Shown in pieces: positions 36,179-49,300 of a DNA stretch of 64,000 nt. The position numbers were made by a program, and so were the translations under genes. Source of the stretch: Fimicolochytrium jonesii (taxonomy: Eukaryota). Every line of letters begins with the position of its first letter. Within the stretch, counting starts at the first letter, position 1. The DNA lies in assembly GCF_025526975.1 (NCBI RefSeq), contig NW_026515671.1:62001-126000 (forward strand), given 5' to 3'. Under the pieces are notes generated by a model. That model searched no databases. It saw only the letters and a list, made by a program, of their open reading frames with translations, and was not told where the DNA came from.

Positions 36179-37279
36179 ATGACCGACACGAAGAAGGCAC
36201 CAATGAAGGTGGCCGTCACCAACGCCCGCATATTCGACGGCCACCATCTCTCGAATGAGCCCACCACCGTCGTCCTCGAGGGTGGTCTAATTGTGAGCGT
36301 CGGCAACTCGCCCAACGCCCTCTCAAGCACCACCCCAACCATCAACGCACAAGGCAGCGTCCTCCTGCCAGGCTACATCGATTCCCACGTGCACGTCCAC
36401 ACCGTCGAAGAGCTGGACATGTATCGTCGGTGCGGGGTAACGACGGTGCTGGACATGGCGACGCAGTACTCTGAAATTAAAGCCCTGCGGGAGGCAGCCG
36501 TCGAACGTGGTACCACCGACGTCCGGGGAGCTAGCACTCCTGCCACGGTCGCTGACAGCATGCATTGTCGGCGGATGGGGGTGCCTGCGTTGGTCAAGAG
36601 CGCAGCGGATGCGGCGGGGTTCGTGGAAGGAAGGAGGGCGGAGGGGGCGGATTATATCAAGATTATCGCGGATGTACCTGGACCTGATGTTGCCACTATC
36701 AGGGGGATCGTGGACGCCGCACATGCAAATGGGTTGTCAACTGTCGCTCACGCCGCCACATACGAACCCTTTCAAATGGCGATTGAAGCTAATGTCGATA
36801 TCATCACCCACGTCCCGCTGGATCAACCAATAGACCTGCAGCTTTCATCTGTTATGAAGCAGAGGTGTCGCGCCGCGGTCCCGACGCTCGCGATGATGGA
36901 GCAGATCAAGTTCCCGGGAGCGAGTTATGACTTTTCACGGGAGAGTGTTGCGAGCCTGCATGCTGCAGGCGTGCCTATTTTGGTAGGAACCGATGCCAAC
37001 CAGGAACCCGTGGCCCCGTTAAGACCCGTACCAGGGGAAAGTTTCCACCGCGAATTGGAGCTTCTTGTTGAGGCTGGATTGACCCCGCTTGATGCGCTGC
37101 GGGGCGCTACATCGCTTGCGGCGTTGCATTTTGGGTTAGATGATCGTGGGTCTGTTAGGGAGGGTTTGAGGGCGGATTTGGTGTTGGTCGATGGGGATCC
37201 TACGCGGGATATCCAGGCATCGCGGCTCGTTAGGCGGGTGTGGTGTGCGGGCATTGAGTATGACCCTTCGTCAGCGTAA
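36179..37279 (+). CDS. Metal-dependent amidohydrolase (imidazolonepropionase-like superfamily), intronless
   Basis: LLPGYIDSHVH (HxH), GADYIKII, VAHA, IITHVP, LVGTDA, ELELLVEAGLTPLDALRGAT, GLRADLVLVDGDP. Confidence 0.92.
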   Translation: MTDTKKAPMKVAVTNARIFDGHHLSNEPTTVVLEGGLIVSVGNSPNALSSTTPTINAQGSVLLPGYIDSHVHVHTVEELDMYRRCGVTTVLDMATQYSEIKALREAAVERGTTDVRGASTPATVADSMHCRRMGVPALVKSAADAAGFVEGRRAEGADYIKIIADVPGPDVATIRGIVDAAHANGLSTVAHAATYEPFQMAIEANVDIITHVPLDQPIDLQLSSVMKQRCRAAVPTLAMMEQIKFPGASYDFSRESVASLHAAGVPILVGTDANQEPVAPLRPVPGESFHRELELLVEAGLTPLDALRGATSLAALHFGLDDRGSVREGLRADLVLVDGDPTRDIQASRLVRRVWCAGIEYDPSSA

Positions 37280-37592
37280 GCCTTTAAATTTCCAGATCCA
37301 GATTCAGAGGCATAGAACAGCAGTTACTGAAGCATTAGCATCAACAATAATAACGACAATAATGACAATTTTCAACGGCAGTCTGCGTTGTGAGGTGCAT
37401 TTTATTACCGTCTCATACGGGCGGAATTGCTTCTCTGCGTGTGTGCGCTTATCTCTTAGTCCGACCGCTGCTTGTGGGCTCTTGTGGGCGTTGGCCCAGC
37501 CCGCGACTCTACGGCGCCTTTTCCACTGGGCGCCCCCAACTCCACAACAACATGCTTGTCCACCCACACAGGGCACCCTTCAGAATACAGTC

Positions 37593-37599
37593 TATAAAA
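37593..37599 (+). promoter_or_regulatory. Candidate TATA box for the GNAT gene
   Basis: TATAAAA ~110 nt upstream of the ATG at 37703, followed by a CA-rich leader ending AAAAATG. Confidence 0.4.
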
Positions 37600-37702
37600 C
37601 CCAGGCTTGGCCCCCAGCCCCCCTTCCCAGGTAACGTACACAGCTCACTACAAGACTAACAACCAAGCCAGCTCAAAAAGCAACGAGAGCCAGAAACCAA
37701 AA

Positions 37703-38575
37703 ATGACCGCTACAACACTCCAACCCATCATCCCCCGCACCGACACCCCCGCCCTCCTCGCCGCCCTCCAAAAATCCGGAAGCTGGGACGAACATATCTC
37801 CATGGCCATCTCCAACCCCAACGCGAGCATCGTCACCACCCCGACATTCAAGTACGATATCACCGTTGGCGCCAAAGCGACCCGGGTCTTGATTTTTGAC
37901 CATTTGGGCGCCGAGGAGGATATGGAGCGGGATCTGAAGGCGTTCTTGGCGGGTCTGGAGAAGGGCACGAAGGTGGCGTTGGATGAGAGTGCGGCGTTCC
38001 CGCATGCCAGGGCGGAGATTCTGGAACGGGTGGGCTTCACGAACCGGGTGTTTGCACACCCCAACGTCGCTCGGCAATTGGATCTGGTCGACGTGGACGG
38101 CACACCCGTCGCGCCGACCTCTATCCCGCCGCCGGAGGGAATCACCATTCACGAAATCACATCCTCCACGGACCCACGCTTCGACGCCCGCGTCGCCGTC
38201 GAGCGGGATATCTTTGGGTACGGCGCCGGGTACTTCTCGCACCTCCCCGCCGCGTTGGCGGAGATGATGGACAAGTACGGTGATTACCACCTCCTTGCTA
38301 CCACCGCCAACCAAGACGGGGGGGAAGAAGCGGTCGGGTACATGACCCTCCGCGTGCATCGGGGCGTAGCATACCTACAAGGCGCGGGGACGGTGGAGAC
38401 ATGGAGGAAGAGGGGGTTGACGAAGGCGATGTTGGCGAGGACGGTTGCGAAGGCCGTTGAGTGGGGGTTTGAGGTGATGTTGACGGTTGCGTGGGATGAG
38501 AATGCGGTTAGGGCGTGGACAGCGATGGGGTTTAGGGAGGTGGGGATTACGCGTGTGTGGGATTTAGATGTGTGA
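37703..38575 (+). CDS. GNAT-family N-acetyltransferase, intronless
   Basis: C-terminal GNAT domain with AYLQGAGTVETWRKRGLTKAML (motif A, RxxGL) and NAVRAWTAMGF (motif B). Confidence 0.85.
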   Translation: MTATTLQPIIPRTDTPALLAALQKSGSWDEHISMAISNPNASIVTTPTFKYDITVGAKATRVLIFDHLGAEEDMERDLKAFLAGLEKGTKVALDESAAFPHARAEILERVGFTNRVFAHPNVARQLDLVDVDGTPVAPTSIPPPEGITIHEITSSTDPRFDARVAVERDIFGYGAGYFSHLPAALAEMMDKYGDYHLLATTANQDGGEEAVGYMTLRVHRGVAYLQGAGTVETWRKRGLTKAMLARTVAKAVEWGFEVMLTVAWDENAVRAWTAMGFREVGITRVWDLDV

Positions 38576-39086
38576 CGGCGGCCGATGGTTGATAGAGATG
38601 AAAACTTGTACATATAGATAGTAGACGCACTCGGCAGTATGGCGTGCACTTGTTTCTTATGTATATACAACTGAATTTGACAAAGTCATACCAATGGAGC
38701 CTTTTTTGTCCCAAGTCGGCGGCATCTTCCGCGTTTGATGCCCCTGAAGATTCGGATTCACCGCGTCAGCAGCTGGCTGTTTTACAACTTCCCCAGCAAG
38801 GCGCACATGCCCCAACATCCAGCAAATCTCTCAACATTAGCAGCAAATGCAAAATAACCAACTGATCTTTATAATCTGAGCACAAAATGTATTCCCCCTC
38901 GCATATAATCAATCTAGGCTACTCAACAAAAAAGACCGCACCACAACCCGAAAAGCACAAGATTTCCAAAAACCGGGCTGCCCAGCCATCTTTTCCGTTT
39001 CCTACCCCTAGCCTAAATCTGATCTGACCTTACTCCCAAAAAGAGAAGTGTTGGTAATTTCCTACTCCTATGATTATCCAAGCTAC

Positions 39087-40358
39087 TCAGAGCAACTGCA
39101 ACCCGACAGCGGCCAGACCGGCGAGGACGAGCTGGCCGAGGTAGGATGTGAGGCCCTCTGCGCCGGACGTGATGTCCTTTGATTGGGTCGCGGTTGTGGG
39201 TTGAGCACGGGTGGTTGTGGAAGTCGTAGATGTGGAGGTGGTGGTGGTAGAGGAGGAGGTGGTGGTGGTGGTTGTGGCGGTCGAGGTGGTAGTGGAGGTA
39301 GTGGTAGTGGAGGTGGTAGTCGAGGTCGCCGAAGCGATGGACGCCGAAGTCCCCGCCGCAGAAACGTTCGCATTCCAGTACCCGCTCTCACCCACACACT
39401 GTGCGACCGAGTTGATCGTCAACGGGAACGTGCCGGCCGCAACCTGTTTCTTGACCTCCGCAAGCGCGTTGACGGCGATTCCCGACGTGAATGTGGAGAT
39501 GTCGTGTTCAAGGGAGATGAACCCGGGGCCGGCCTTGAACCACGATTCGATGCGCGCTTGCACGGTCGCGGCGTTGGCGGGGGTGGCGGCCACGTCGGCG
39601 TCCAGGGAGTCGACGCCCCAGATGACTGTTTTGTATCCGAGGGCCGAGGCGATGGCGCGGACACGGTCGTCGATGTCGCCGTACGGGGGTCGGAAATGGG
39701 TGGGCACGACGCCGATGACCTCGTAGATGGCGGCCTCGGTGTACTTGATCTCTGCGACGATCTGCGCGTTGGTGAGGGATGTGAGAGGGTGGTGGGTCCA
39801 TGTGTGCACGGCAATCTGGTGGCCAGCCTTGAAGGAGTTGACGACTTGAGCGGGGAGGCTTCTGACGCCTGTTCCGCAGACGAAGAAGGTGGCTTTGACG
39901 TTCAGGTCGTCGAGGGCGGTGCGGATGGCGGCGGTGTCGGGGTTGTGCACGCCGTTGACGATGTTGGAGGTTGGGCCGTCGTCATAAGTGAGGCCCCAGG
40001 TGTTGGCTTTGGGGCAGCTGACGATGTCGGCGTTGAAGGCGGCGGTGGGGGCCGTGCGCACGCACTGGTTGGCGGGCCAGTAGCAGTAATTGGCGCCGGC
40101 TTTGTAGGTCACCGTTGAGCCGCTGATGTACGTTGACACTGGGAGGTTGAGGAGTTCGGCGGGGACGACCGACTCGACGTAGGCGAGCGCATCGGCGACC
40201 AGTGGGGCCGTGAGGAGCGAGCCGGTAATCATCACAGTTTGGTCGATCGCTGGGTAGACCGACGGGATGGGTGGCGGCCTCACCAAGGAAGGGGCACCGT
40301 TTGCGCTGTTGAGCAGGACGATTGCGACGGGAAGAGCGAGCAAAATGCTGCGAGTCAT
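39087..40358 (-). CDS. Secreted, probably GPI-anchored chitin deacetylase (CE4/NodB domain), intronless
   Basis: Signal peptide MTRSILLALPVAIVLLNSANG. CE4 motifs TYDDGP, HTWTH, FRPPYG, DSLD and LEHD. Ser/Thr-rich stalk and hydrophobic C-terminus. Confidence 0.93.
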   Translation of the reverse strand: MTRSILLALPVAIVLLNSANGAPSLVRPPPIPSVYPAIDQTVMITGSLLTAPLVADALAYVESVVPAELLNLPVSTYISGSTVTYKAGANYCYWPANQCVRTAPTAAFNADIVSCPKANTWGLTYDDGPTSNIVNGVHNPDTAAIRTALDDLNVKATFFVCGTGVRSLPAQVVNSFKAGHQIAVHTWTHHPLTSLTNAQIVAEIKYTEAAIYEVIGVVPTHFRPPYGDIDDRVRAIASALGYKTVIWGVDSLDADVAATPANAATVQARIESWFKAGPGFISLEHDISTFTSGIAVNALAEVKKQVAAGTFPLTINSVAQCVGESGYWNANVSAAGTSASIASATSTTTSTTTTSTTTSTATTTTTTSSSTTTTSTSTTSTTTRAQPTTATQSKDITSGAEGLTSYLGQLVLAGLAAVGLQLL

Positions 40359-42166
40359 GCTTGCTGATGTTGAGATGAGAATGCGATGTGGTATGCGGGA
40401 GGTGAGTGCGTGCGATGTGAAATGGATGCTGAGACAGAAGGGAATGTGCGTCGAGGGTGTGCTTTTGTAATGTTGCAGAGGGAGCGATAACAGAAGCGTC
40501 AGAGCCGAACGGTATTTGTGTGGAGAGAAGGGGCACGACCAATATAGTAGATGGCTTCGAAAGGAAAGTAAACTGCCACTCAAAACTTGTTATGGTCTTC
40601 GAAAATCCCCGGGGGAATGAACGCCTCGTTTTATAGTTTTCCGGAAGCATATGTATTTTTGGGATGAGTTTTGGTTTGCCTTCGGGGGAATATGGAGCGG
40701 AGGCTTCGATGGACGTTTTTCGCAAACAGCGTGCCACAGCAAGCAGAGGCGCTGTTGAACTCATGAATCTCGGACATGGCCGGCGAGCGGGGCTGAACGG
40801 GTTTGTCTGATCGACCACTCTCCGGTCACGGATTAACTGGCATGCGGGTTTGCCACACAAGCACCCACTTTGTGGAAAAGAAGGGGGGGGAGACACAGAC
40901 TTCAAGAGAGGCACACTCGCAAAAGTGTGGAGGCCCCGAGGGACACGCAAATCCCAACTGACAGCGCCGCGCAGGCAGTTGAAAACAACGGCCTGCCCAA
41001 CGCCCCAACTTTTTTTCCTAGACCCTCACGCGAAATGAACGCGAATACGGGGGCAGAGTTGAGGTTTGGGGCAGTGCGAATAATTCCCCCGAGGGTGTCC
41101 ATCAGAGTCTCATCAACGTCTCAAGTCCAGTCCGTTGCGAGCCGCGGGGGGAGGCGCCATGGTTGACCGCCTCTTTGCGCGTTGCTGTTCAGTTTGGGGG
41201 GACTTGGAGGCGAGACCCTGGCCTGAACTCCGGTTACAACAAAATGGACACCGGCGGTTGGGGTCCAACTTGGGGACACTGTGCCCGCCGCCCGGCTCCG
41301 GATTTGGGATCACTGATCAGCGCTGTCAAGACTCAGCACTCATTCGTGTAATGCGAGATAGTGGCTTTCCGGAGATGGCGCTCGCCGTTTTGGTGAGGCG
41401 CGCACACATGCTCTTGCTCAACTGCCCATCACTGATCTCTTGCGCGTTCAGAGCAAGCAGCTCTCACGCTGGGAGCATGCCGGTAGGGTTGCAGCTGGCC
41501 CGCATCGCCACCTCGCCGTCTCGAACTCTCTCATTTCATTCTGTGCGCCGCCGCCTCCCTTTCCACGTGACACAGAAACTCCACGATGTGCACCACCATG
41601 ACTCACTCTGTCAAACTGCGCTGCGCCTCTTGAGAACACAAACCGCTTTCACTAATGGAATTATCTATATCGAATGTGGCAACTTGTTCTAAACCGTACT
41701 ATCCCCGACTCCGACAGCCTGGCACGGGCGCCATCATTTACCACCTGTTACTCACACCCATTCCAAGCGCCTACCGACAGTTTTGCATTTCGGTCTAAGA
41801 CGGTTCCACTTTGTAATGATCGCACTGGTGGTCTAAAGATAGCACACCAGATACACACGTCCCAAGACAGATGCAGCACCATGGTCATCGCCGCCGCAAA
41901 ATCGTACAGGGAAGGGAGAGAGACTGGTGGAGAGGTATGGCTTTTCAAATGAAATGCGGAGAAAAGATATATACATAAAAGCTGCAAGAGCAGGCCATAG
42001 ATCTCTGTACGCAAAGGACAGCGTGGGGTGCGGTCTCATGGGGTCAGGGCTACGAATGCCTGTCATGTGGCTCGGCGGGGACTTTTGCAACAATTTCTAA
42101 TCGCCGATGACTCCGTTCACTTCCCCGACTCGGCCCTCCCACCTCACGATAAACCTTTTCCATCTC

Positions 42167-44509
42167 CTAAGTCGCCTCCCCGTCCGTCTTCCCCGTCCCC
42201 GTCCCCGTCCCTGTCCCATTCGCACTCGCACTCGCACTCCCAACACCACCCATCCCCAAAAAGTCAAACTCAGCCGGGTCCATCCCATACGGCAGGATGA
42301 AATTCGCAAAATCCGCCGGGTCCAGGAGTGTCGATGGCAGATCATCTAGGTGTGGTGTTGCTGGTGTTTGGGCCTGGTGTGATTGGAGATGGGGAGTGGA
42401 TGTGGGGATGGGGGGAAAATCCGCTGAGGAGGTGGGTGCGAGAACGTTTGAGGCTGCGGAGGATGTGTGCGGGAGATTGAGGAAATCGGTGTTGATCGCG
42501 TTCGTGCCCGCGAGGTGGGGCATCATGGTCGTTGAGAGGTCGGCGAGGTTCGGGAGGGGTTGCTGCTGCTGCTGCTGTTGTTGTGGTTGCAATCCCGCCG
42601 CGTCCACCCCACCCGTCACGTTCCCCAACTGACTCCAATCCAGGCTATTATATTGCCTCATGAGCTGCAAAAGAGTCTGCCGTTCCTCCTCGGTCCCCTG
42701 CAGACCCTCAATCCCGCCATCCTGGGTTCCGAAAAGAGCAGTATCATCGAACCTGTTCTCGGTCGCTCCGCCGCTGCTGCTGCTGCTCCCGAGGTCGGGT
42801 GTGATGGCACGGTCGCCGGAGTAGTTGTCGAGGTCGAGGGAAGGGTCGAGCCCGACGAGGGAGGAGATGGAGTTGAGGTGGTCTTGGAGGAGGTCGATGT
42901 CGTCGGCTACGTCGTCGGCGGCGACTTTGATGTTTTCGAAAGCGGCGTGTTGAGGAGTGAAGGGGAGCTGGGGTTGCTTTTGTTGGAGTTGTTGCTGTTG
43001 TTGTTGTTGTTGTTGTAATTGAAGGGTGTTGAGGGCCGTTGGGTATGCTTGTGTCGAACTAACGGTGGGAAAGTTGAAGTTCTGGAAAGGGAAAGTCGTC
43101 GCTGGTGGGGTTCCCGCACTGATATTGTTATTGATTACGCTGTCGGGTATATTGAAGGTTGATGAAACGCTGGGAGAAAACGAATCTGAATGGGAAAGTC
43201 GTTTAATTGTCATGGTCGGAGTAGACTCACGAAGGAACGGCAAACATGAACGCATACCATTTGAGAAGTCTAGGCCTGTTGAATTTGGGAAGAGAGAAAA
43301 AGGTCATTGAGTCTGTGATCCTGCCAACTGCTCGGACACGACCAAAACAGACGCACCTGTCGCGTCCAAATTCAACGACGGCTGTTCCGGAATTCCCTCC
43401 AACAACAATCTCCGTTTCTTGTTCGGCAGAGGCCTCTTCTTCGGCGAAAACACCGACGCCAAGAACCTCAGAATCTTCTCTATCGTTTCCTGCTGCCTCT
43501 GGTACCTCTCCCTCACAGTCGTCGACTCGCTCCACAGGATCTGGTTCTCTCTCTGTATCTTACTCAGATCCGCGCTGATCGTCAATTGATGCCGTTTGAT
43601 GGCCGCGATCTCCTGAATGATGTAGTTCATGTCCATGACGCCTTCCTTATCTTCTGTTCCTTCCCGCCCCTTTTTGCGCGATACGAGGCATAGGAGATCC
43701 GGCTGGCCGCGTTGGAAATGCGGGTTGGAGAATTCCCAGGTTTCTTCGCCGTCCGCGTGCAGGACGCCTTGTTGTAGATGAGGGATTTTGTGGAACCCAT
43801 ACATGTTGAGTTGGCGAACGAAACTCGCAAAATTGTTGTGTTTGAAGAAGCGAGGAAGGACGTCGTGCGCAAATTCTTCGTGCCGTTCAACTAGACAGGT
43901 AGAAACCGAGGTTCGGCGATGAGCACATTTGTTTCGGACAAGAATGGCCTGGATTGGCCTCATTTGGCCTTGCAGGGGATATGTTGCTAGACAAGTATCT
44001 CCTTACCTATGAAAGTCGACCCATCGGGTCCCCAGTGAATCATCGAGTCCGTCGTTGGGTCCATGACCATGCTAGAAAACCGGTAATCCTCATGAGAACT
44101 TGCCCACCAACTCTCAGATACGATATCAAAAAGAATTCCTGCAGTCCTCTTACTTATAAAGCTTGTTCAAAAACGCCGGCACATTCCTCGCCATCGTGGG
44201 ACTCATAACCGACCTCGACAGCGGCACCTGATTCGTCGGGTTCTTAATAAGTCTCTGCGCCGCAGACGCCGCAACAGTATTATCCGCTGCCGCCGGCTTT
44301 CCCAATGCGACCGCCAAGTCCGATAAGCTCGGGCTGCGAGATTTGTTGTTCGCGAGGGCCGCTGACGCCGCGAGGAGTTCCTCGCTTGGGGTTGAGGCTG
44401 CGCGCTTGCGGGACTTTTTGGCGGCGGCGGTGGTGGCAGGCGCTGACTTCGGGGTTGCTGTGGTGGGAGCCGGGGTGGCCGAAGGTCCTCCTGTGCCGGT
44501 GCTCGCCAT
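42167..44509 (-). CDS. HSF1: Heat shock transcription factor (3 introns)
   Basis: PAFLNKLY|NMV...IHW, LPRFFKHNNFASFVRQLNMYGFHK and WEFSNPHFQRG. HR-A/B coiled coil ENQILW...QQETIEKILRFLASVF, then a Q-rich tail. Confidence 0.95.
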
Positions 44510-46369
44510 GATTTTGCTGTGCTGTGGATGATTGACGTTTTCTGTATACTGTCTTTCGCTCTGGGTGGGGCAGGAAAGGTCCGTCCAGTGGCCCTGTCCC
44601 GCACTCGCAGTTGTCTATCTAGCGATGGATTTGAACGCTGGGAAAATGTTCCCACGGTTTGGGAAAGAGGAGTCCTGCAATGAGACGAGAGATCTGCTAC
44701 TTTCAGTCCAGCTGTTCCGAGGCAGTCGAATGAGGGGTGGGGGCAGTGTCTCCGTCGTTCAGGCTCTGTCTCGTCAGTGTATGGGGAGAGTGTGATAGTT
44801 CAGCCAACGAAGAGTGGGAGTTGCAAGCCATAAATACAGAATAAAGCGTCTGGGAAAACAAAGAGTAGGCCAAAGTGCAGCGAATCACCGCATGACGAAT
44901 CAGCGCGTCCGTGATGGTTATTGTTGAGGCCCCAAAGTCCGACCCGCTCGCAGATTACTCAACATGACATGACACCGAGAACTACCATATATGAAGAGAT
45001 GGCCTATCCCCACCCAGCCTCCTCTCCTCCGCTTAGTCGGTAGTGCTGTCAGATATCCAAGAGGCAACAACGGCACTCGACAGCTCCATCTTGAAGTCTG
45101 AGTTCGCCCGGCCCGCCTATATGGTGTACTTTCTCTTCCGATGTCACCCTACTAGTATACCGATTCGGTAGATCCCACCATTACCCATTCGCGTTAGAGG
45201 CCATCTAGCTCGGCGCGACATAACCACCTTTTTTGTTACCGAAGATGGATTGTTGGAGGTGCATAACGCTAGCCCGTACAATCTGGTCGGCGTTTAATGT
45301 TCGCAAGTCCACGAATATGCCAAATAGATTTGCATCATCGTCTGAGAGGTTTTCTCTCAGGTGCGTGGTGAATTTCAGAACGTTGCAAGTGGTGTCCCTT
45401 AACATAATCACTTCAACCTTCCCACTGGGCACACTGTGTCCCGCGCCAGGTATCCTGACTTCATCGTCGTCGGTTGAAGTTGGAATCTCTGACAAGACTG
45501 ACATGGACGAGACGAGAACCCTCCGCCATCATCTCTGACCCGGCAGCCCCGGCACTCCCACCCATTAGCCCTCGCTCGTCCAGGTTTGGCCCGCCATGTC
45601 AGTGTCGGGCTTGTGGAGCACGGTTGCTGGAGCATCTAATGTGTTGTGTTGCTATCGTCTCTCGGCGCTACATGGCATCGTGTACAGGGGACATGGGACG
45701 TTTTTCCAGAGCCCCTCTCCTCAAGGCGTTTGAAATCTTTCAAGGAACGATGAGCTTATGGTCTGACGACCCAATAACTGTATGTGCATCTTTTTCATGG
45801 ATCGTCTGGTTGGAGGTATTGCCGGGCTTGAAACCGTCATGGGTATTGACTTGAAGGCGAAGACTGCACTCTGCTCAACCGCCTCGCTGAATGCGTTCGG
45901 GGGAGCCTCTCGCGGGCGGCAAGGGCGCGGACGGAAGGAGGAGGGAGGGTGGAAGAGGCTTTCCCCCCCAATTCCGCCTCTTCATCCTCATCGTTAATCT
46001 CGCAGCTTCGCCATGAATGCGTCCGACCCTTATTTTTTTTGGAGCATGCATCAGCCGTAGACTGTTGGCTTCCCTCATCGCAATCACGGAAGTGAGAATG
46101 CGCGCCAGTCAATAATAGTGTCAGCGCGAGAGATGAGCCACGCCTCCGCACGTCATTCTCATTATTCCCTCACCCCGCCGCCCGCCCGCGAAGCCGCCCC
46201 CCCAAACAGCACTCACAACGACTCATTATCGGCTCGGATAAAACCCCCAAGAAACACCCCCGCAGAAGGAAGGCAGCACTCCTCTTAATTATAAGAAGCG
46301 GTCTTCGCTCAGAAACTCTCCCTCCCTCGCAGCTGCACACAAGCCCACACACACATCGCGCCCCCCAAG

Positions 46370-49300
46370 ATGACAGACGAGAGCGACAAACCCGTCACCA
46401 CCGCTGCACTTGCAGACCGCACACACACACACACACCGCCAGGAGGTGCAAGAAAGGACGGTTACAGGACGACGCCCAAGGGTGAAGGGAGGGACGACGG
46501 GGAGATTGACAGGGATAGGGGGTATCTTCCGATTGGTAGGAGCCCGAGCCGTAGGCGAGCGAGTGATCTGCGGGTGTGACGCATGAGGGTCATCGAGCGA
46601 AGCGAGAGTTCGGGCGGAGCCCCGCTGGATTGCGCCGTACGCGAGTGATAGAGGGCGGTTGCGGGCAAAGCCCGGCTGATTGCACCGTAGGCGCAAGGGA
46701 GCCGCTAGGCGACCTGGAGCGAACCCGGACTGCGACAAGTGAAGCGAGGCGCAGGGATGCTTGAGGCAGGCAAGCCTTGGTTTGCTCTGGGAGACCGCAG
46801 TGTGGCGAGGTCGACTCGAGCAACCGCAAGCGAAGAGAGCCACATTGCGCCAAGGCGCAATACTCCCCTCACCCATGTATTGATGGTTGATGGGTTGTTG
46901 GATGGTTGCTGAGTTGATGGGTTTGTGATGCTTGATGGTCGATGGTTGATGGGTTGATGGGTTGATGGGTTGATGATGTTGACACTTCCGTCTTCGCCTT
47001 TGTTTGTAGAGAACTATGGCATGATCGGGAACATGCGCACTGTCGCGATGTGTGGAACAGATGGAGCGATCGATTTCTTCTGCTATCCCAAGTTTGACAG
47101 CCCGTCCATGTATGTTCTCTGTTTGGAATGACTTTTGCTTGAGAAGTCATGCTTATTCCACAACTGAATCCCTCTCAAAGCTTCGCTCGGATTTTGGATC
47201 AGCACAAGGTACCTGTCGTGATTGAGTTGGGACGTCAGATGTGGTTGCTTGATCCGAGGGACTGACGATATGTATCGCTTCAGGGAGGCCACTTTCATAT
47301 CTTCCCAGTAGGCGAGACCCGCCACAAGCAGCAGTACCTGCCCAACAGCAATGTCCTTCAAACAAGGTTTCTTTCCGAGGAAGGTGCGAATCAGTCATTG
47401 CGGTCGTTGGGGGTTATCAAAAGGACACGTTTCGCTCAATGGTTCCTGTTCATCTTGTTTCAGGAGTCATACATGTAACGGATTTCATGCCAGTCCCCTC
47501 CGCCAAGAAACCCTTCCTGCACTGGCTCAACAGGGTCGTGGAGTGCAAGCGCGGGAAATACAAAGTCCGAATTGAGTGCTACCCCGCGTTCGACTATGCG
47601 CGGGCGAAACATACTACGACAATCGTGCAAGGTTTGCTTGGAAACCATTGTTGTGCGGAGTTCACACGTGAGAGACTAAAATGTGGGGCATTATGATCAG
47701 AACGAGGCCTAGACGGCGTAGTCCGCAAATCCTCCACCGGCTGCTCCGCCGGCGGCGCCACCGTCGTCTTCAAATCCTCCTGCGGTCTCACCATGGACCT
47801 CCGCCACGTCATCTACTGCGGCGAAAACTCCGTCGGCATCGACGTCAGCGATCCAGCGGTGCACTGCGACGACTCGTCAAACGACAAGTATGAGGCCCCC
47901 GAACTCACCTGGTCCGTCGAGCAGAAGGACAAGATGCTCGGCCCGGGCGTGTGGGCGGAAGTGGAGTTGAAGGAGGGCCAGCGCATTTCGTTTGCGTTTA
48001 GGGAACGCCCCGAGGAAGAGGATGCGGCTGTCAACCCGACGTTTGATAATGATTTGATGGAGAGTTTGTTGAAGGATACGTTCAGTTATTGGATCAGGTG
48101 GATTGGGAAGAGTAAATACAGTGGGAGGTGGAGGGAGGCGGTTCATCGCAGGTATGACAGGACTTCTACCATTGCTTGTCACCCGCCCTACTTGTCGCCT
48201 TCGCTTACGACACCTGACACTTTGCAGTGCACTGTCACTCAAGCTCCTGATCTACGAGCCCACGGGAGCCGTCGTCGCCGCACCGACCTTCGGGCTCCCT
48301 GAAGAGCTCGGCGGAGAGAGGAACTGGGATTATCGGTATGTTGGCCTGCCAACGAGGCTGTGATCGTAGACCATTGACGGCTCACTTAACGATTTTGTTG
48401 GTTTTGTTTAGGTATACATGGGTCCGGGATTCGGCGTTCACGATCTATGCGTTGATTCGAATCGGTAAGGTCGAGGCCGTCATCCCCTTCCTTCCCTTTC
48501 GGATCTACTCACTCCTTTTTTCCTTGCGGAATAGGTCTCACCGAAGAAGCGGAAGGATTCATGAACTTCATCGAGAACCGGTGTCAGGAGCTGGTATGTA
48601 GGACCTTTGCATCCATCAACCACTCAACCCACACCGTCCCTGCTCACTCCCATGATGCAGACACCGGAAGGCGCCCTCCAAGTCATGTACACAATCGGTA
48701 CGTACCCCGCATCCCAAATCTCCCACCCCCCGCCACCGTACTAACCCCACCCCTCTAGACGGCAAGCACGAACTCCCTGAAACCTCCCTCGAGCACCTCG
48801 AAGGCTACCGCGGCTCGCGCCCGGTCCGCATCGGCAACGGCGCGTACGACCACCTCCAGCTCGACATCTACGGCGAACTGCTGGACTCGATCTATCTGTA
48901 TAACAAGTATCGCGCCCCGGTGTCTTATGATACGTGGTGTCAGGTCAGGAAGCTTGTGAATTATGTCTGTGGGAATTGGGATAAGCCGGATGTAAGTGAA
49001 GCGCAGTTTGAGGTGCCTGGGGGCTGGGTACGGGGGCGGAGAGACTGATTTGGGGGTTCCGTTTTCAGATGAGCATATGGGAAGTTCGCGGGTTGAAGAA
49101 GAACTTTACGTACAGGTTCGTTTGCTCTCCAGGATATCCAGTATCCCTTCGCTCAACTCACCGCACAACTCGTTTCCCCACCCAATAACAGTAAAGTCAT
49201 GTGCTGGGTCGCCGTCGACAGAGGTGAGTACCGGAGATGCCTCCCAGTACGGTACATGGCCAGGCGCTGACGCTCAACACGATTTTTTACTTCTCCAGGG

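Noticed and set aside
45205..45850. Minus-strand ORF pieces between HSF1 and GH15
   Set aside because: Stop-interrupted with no recognisable domain.
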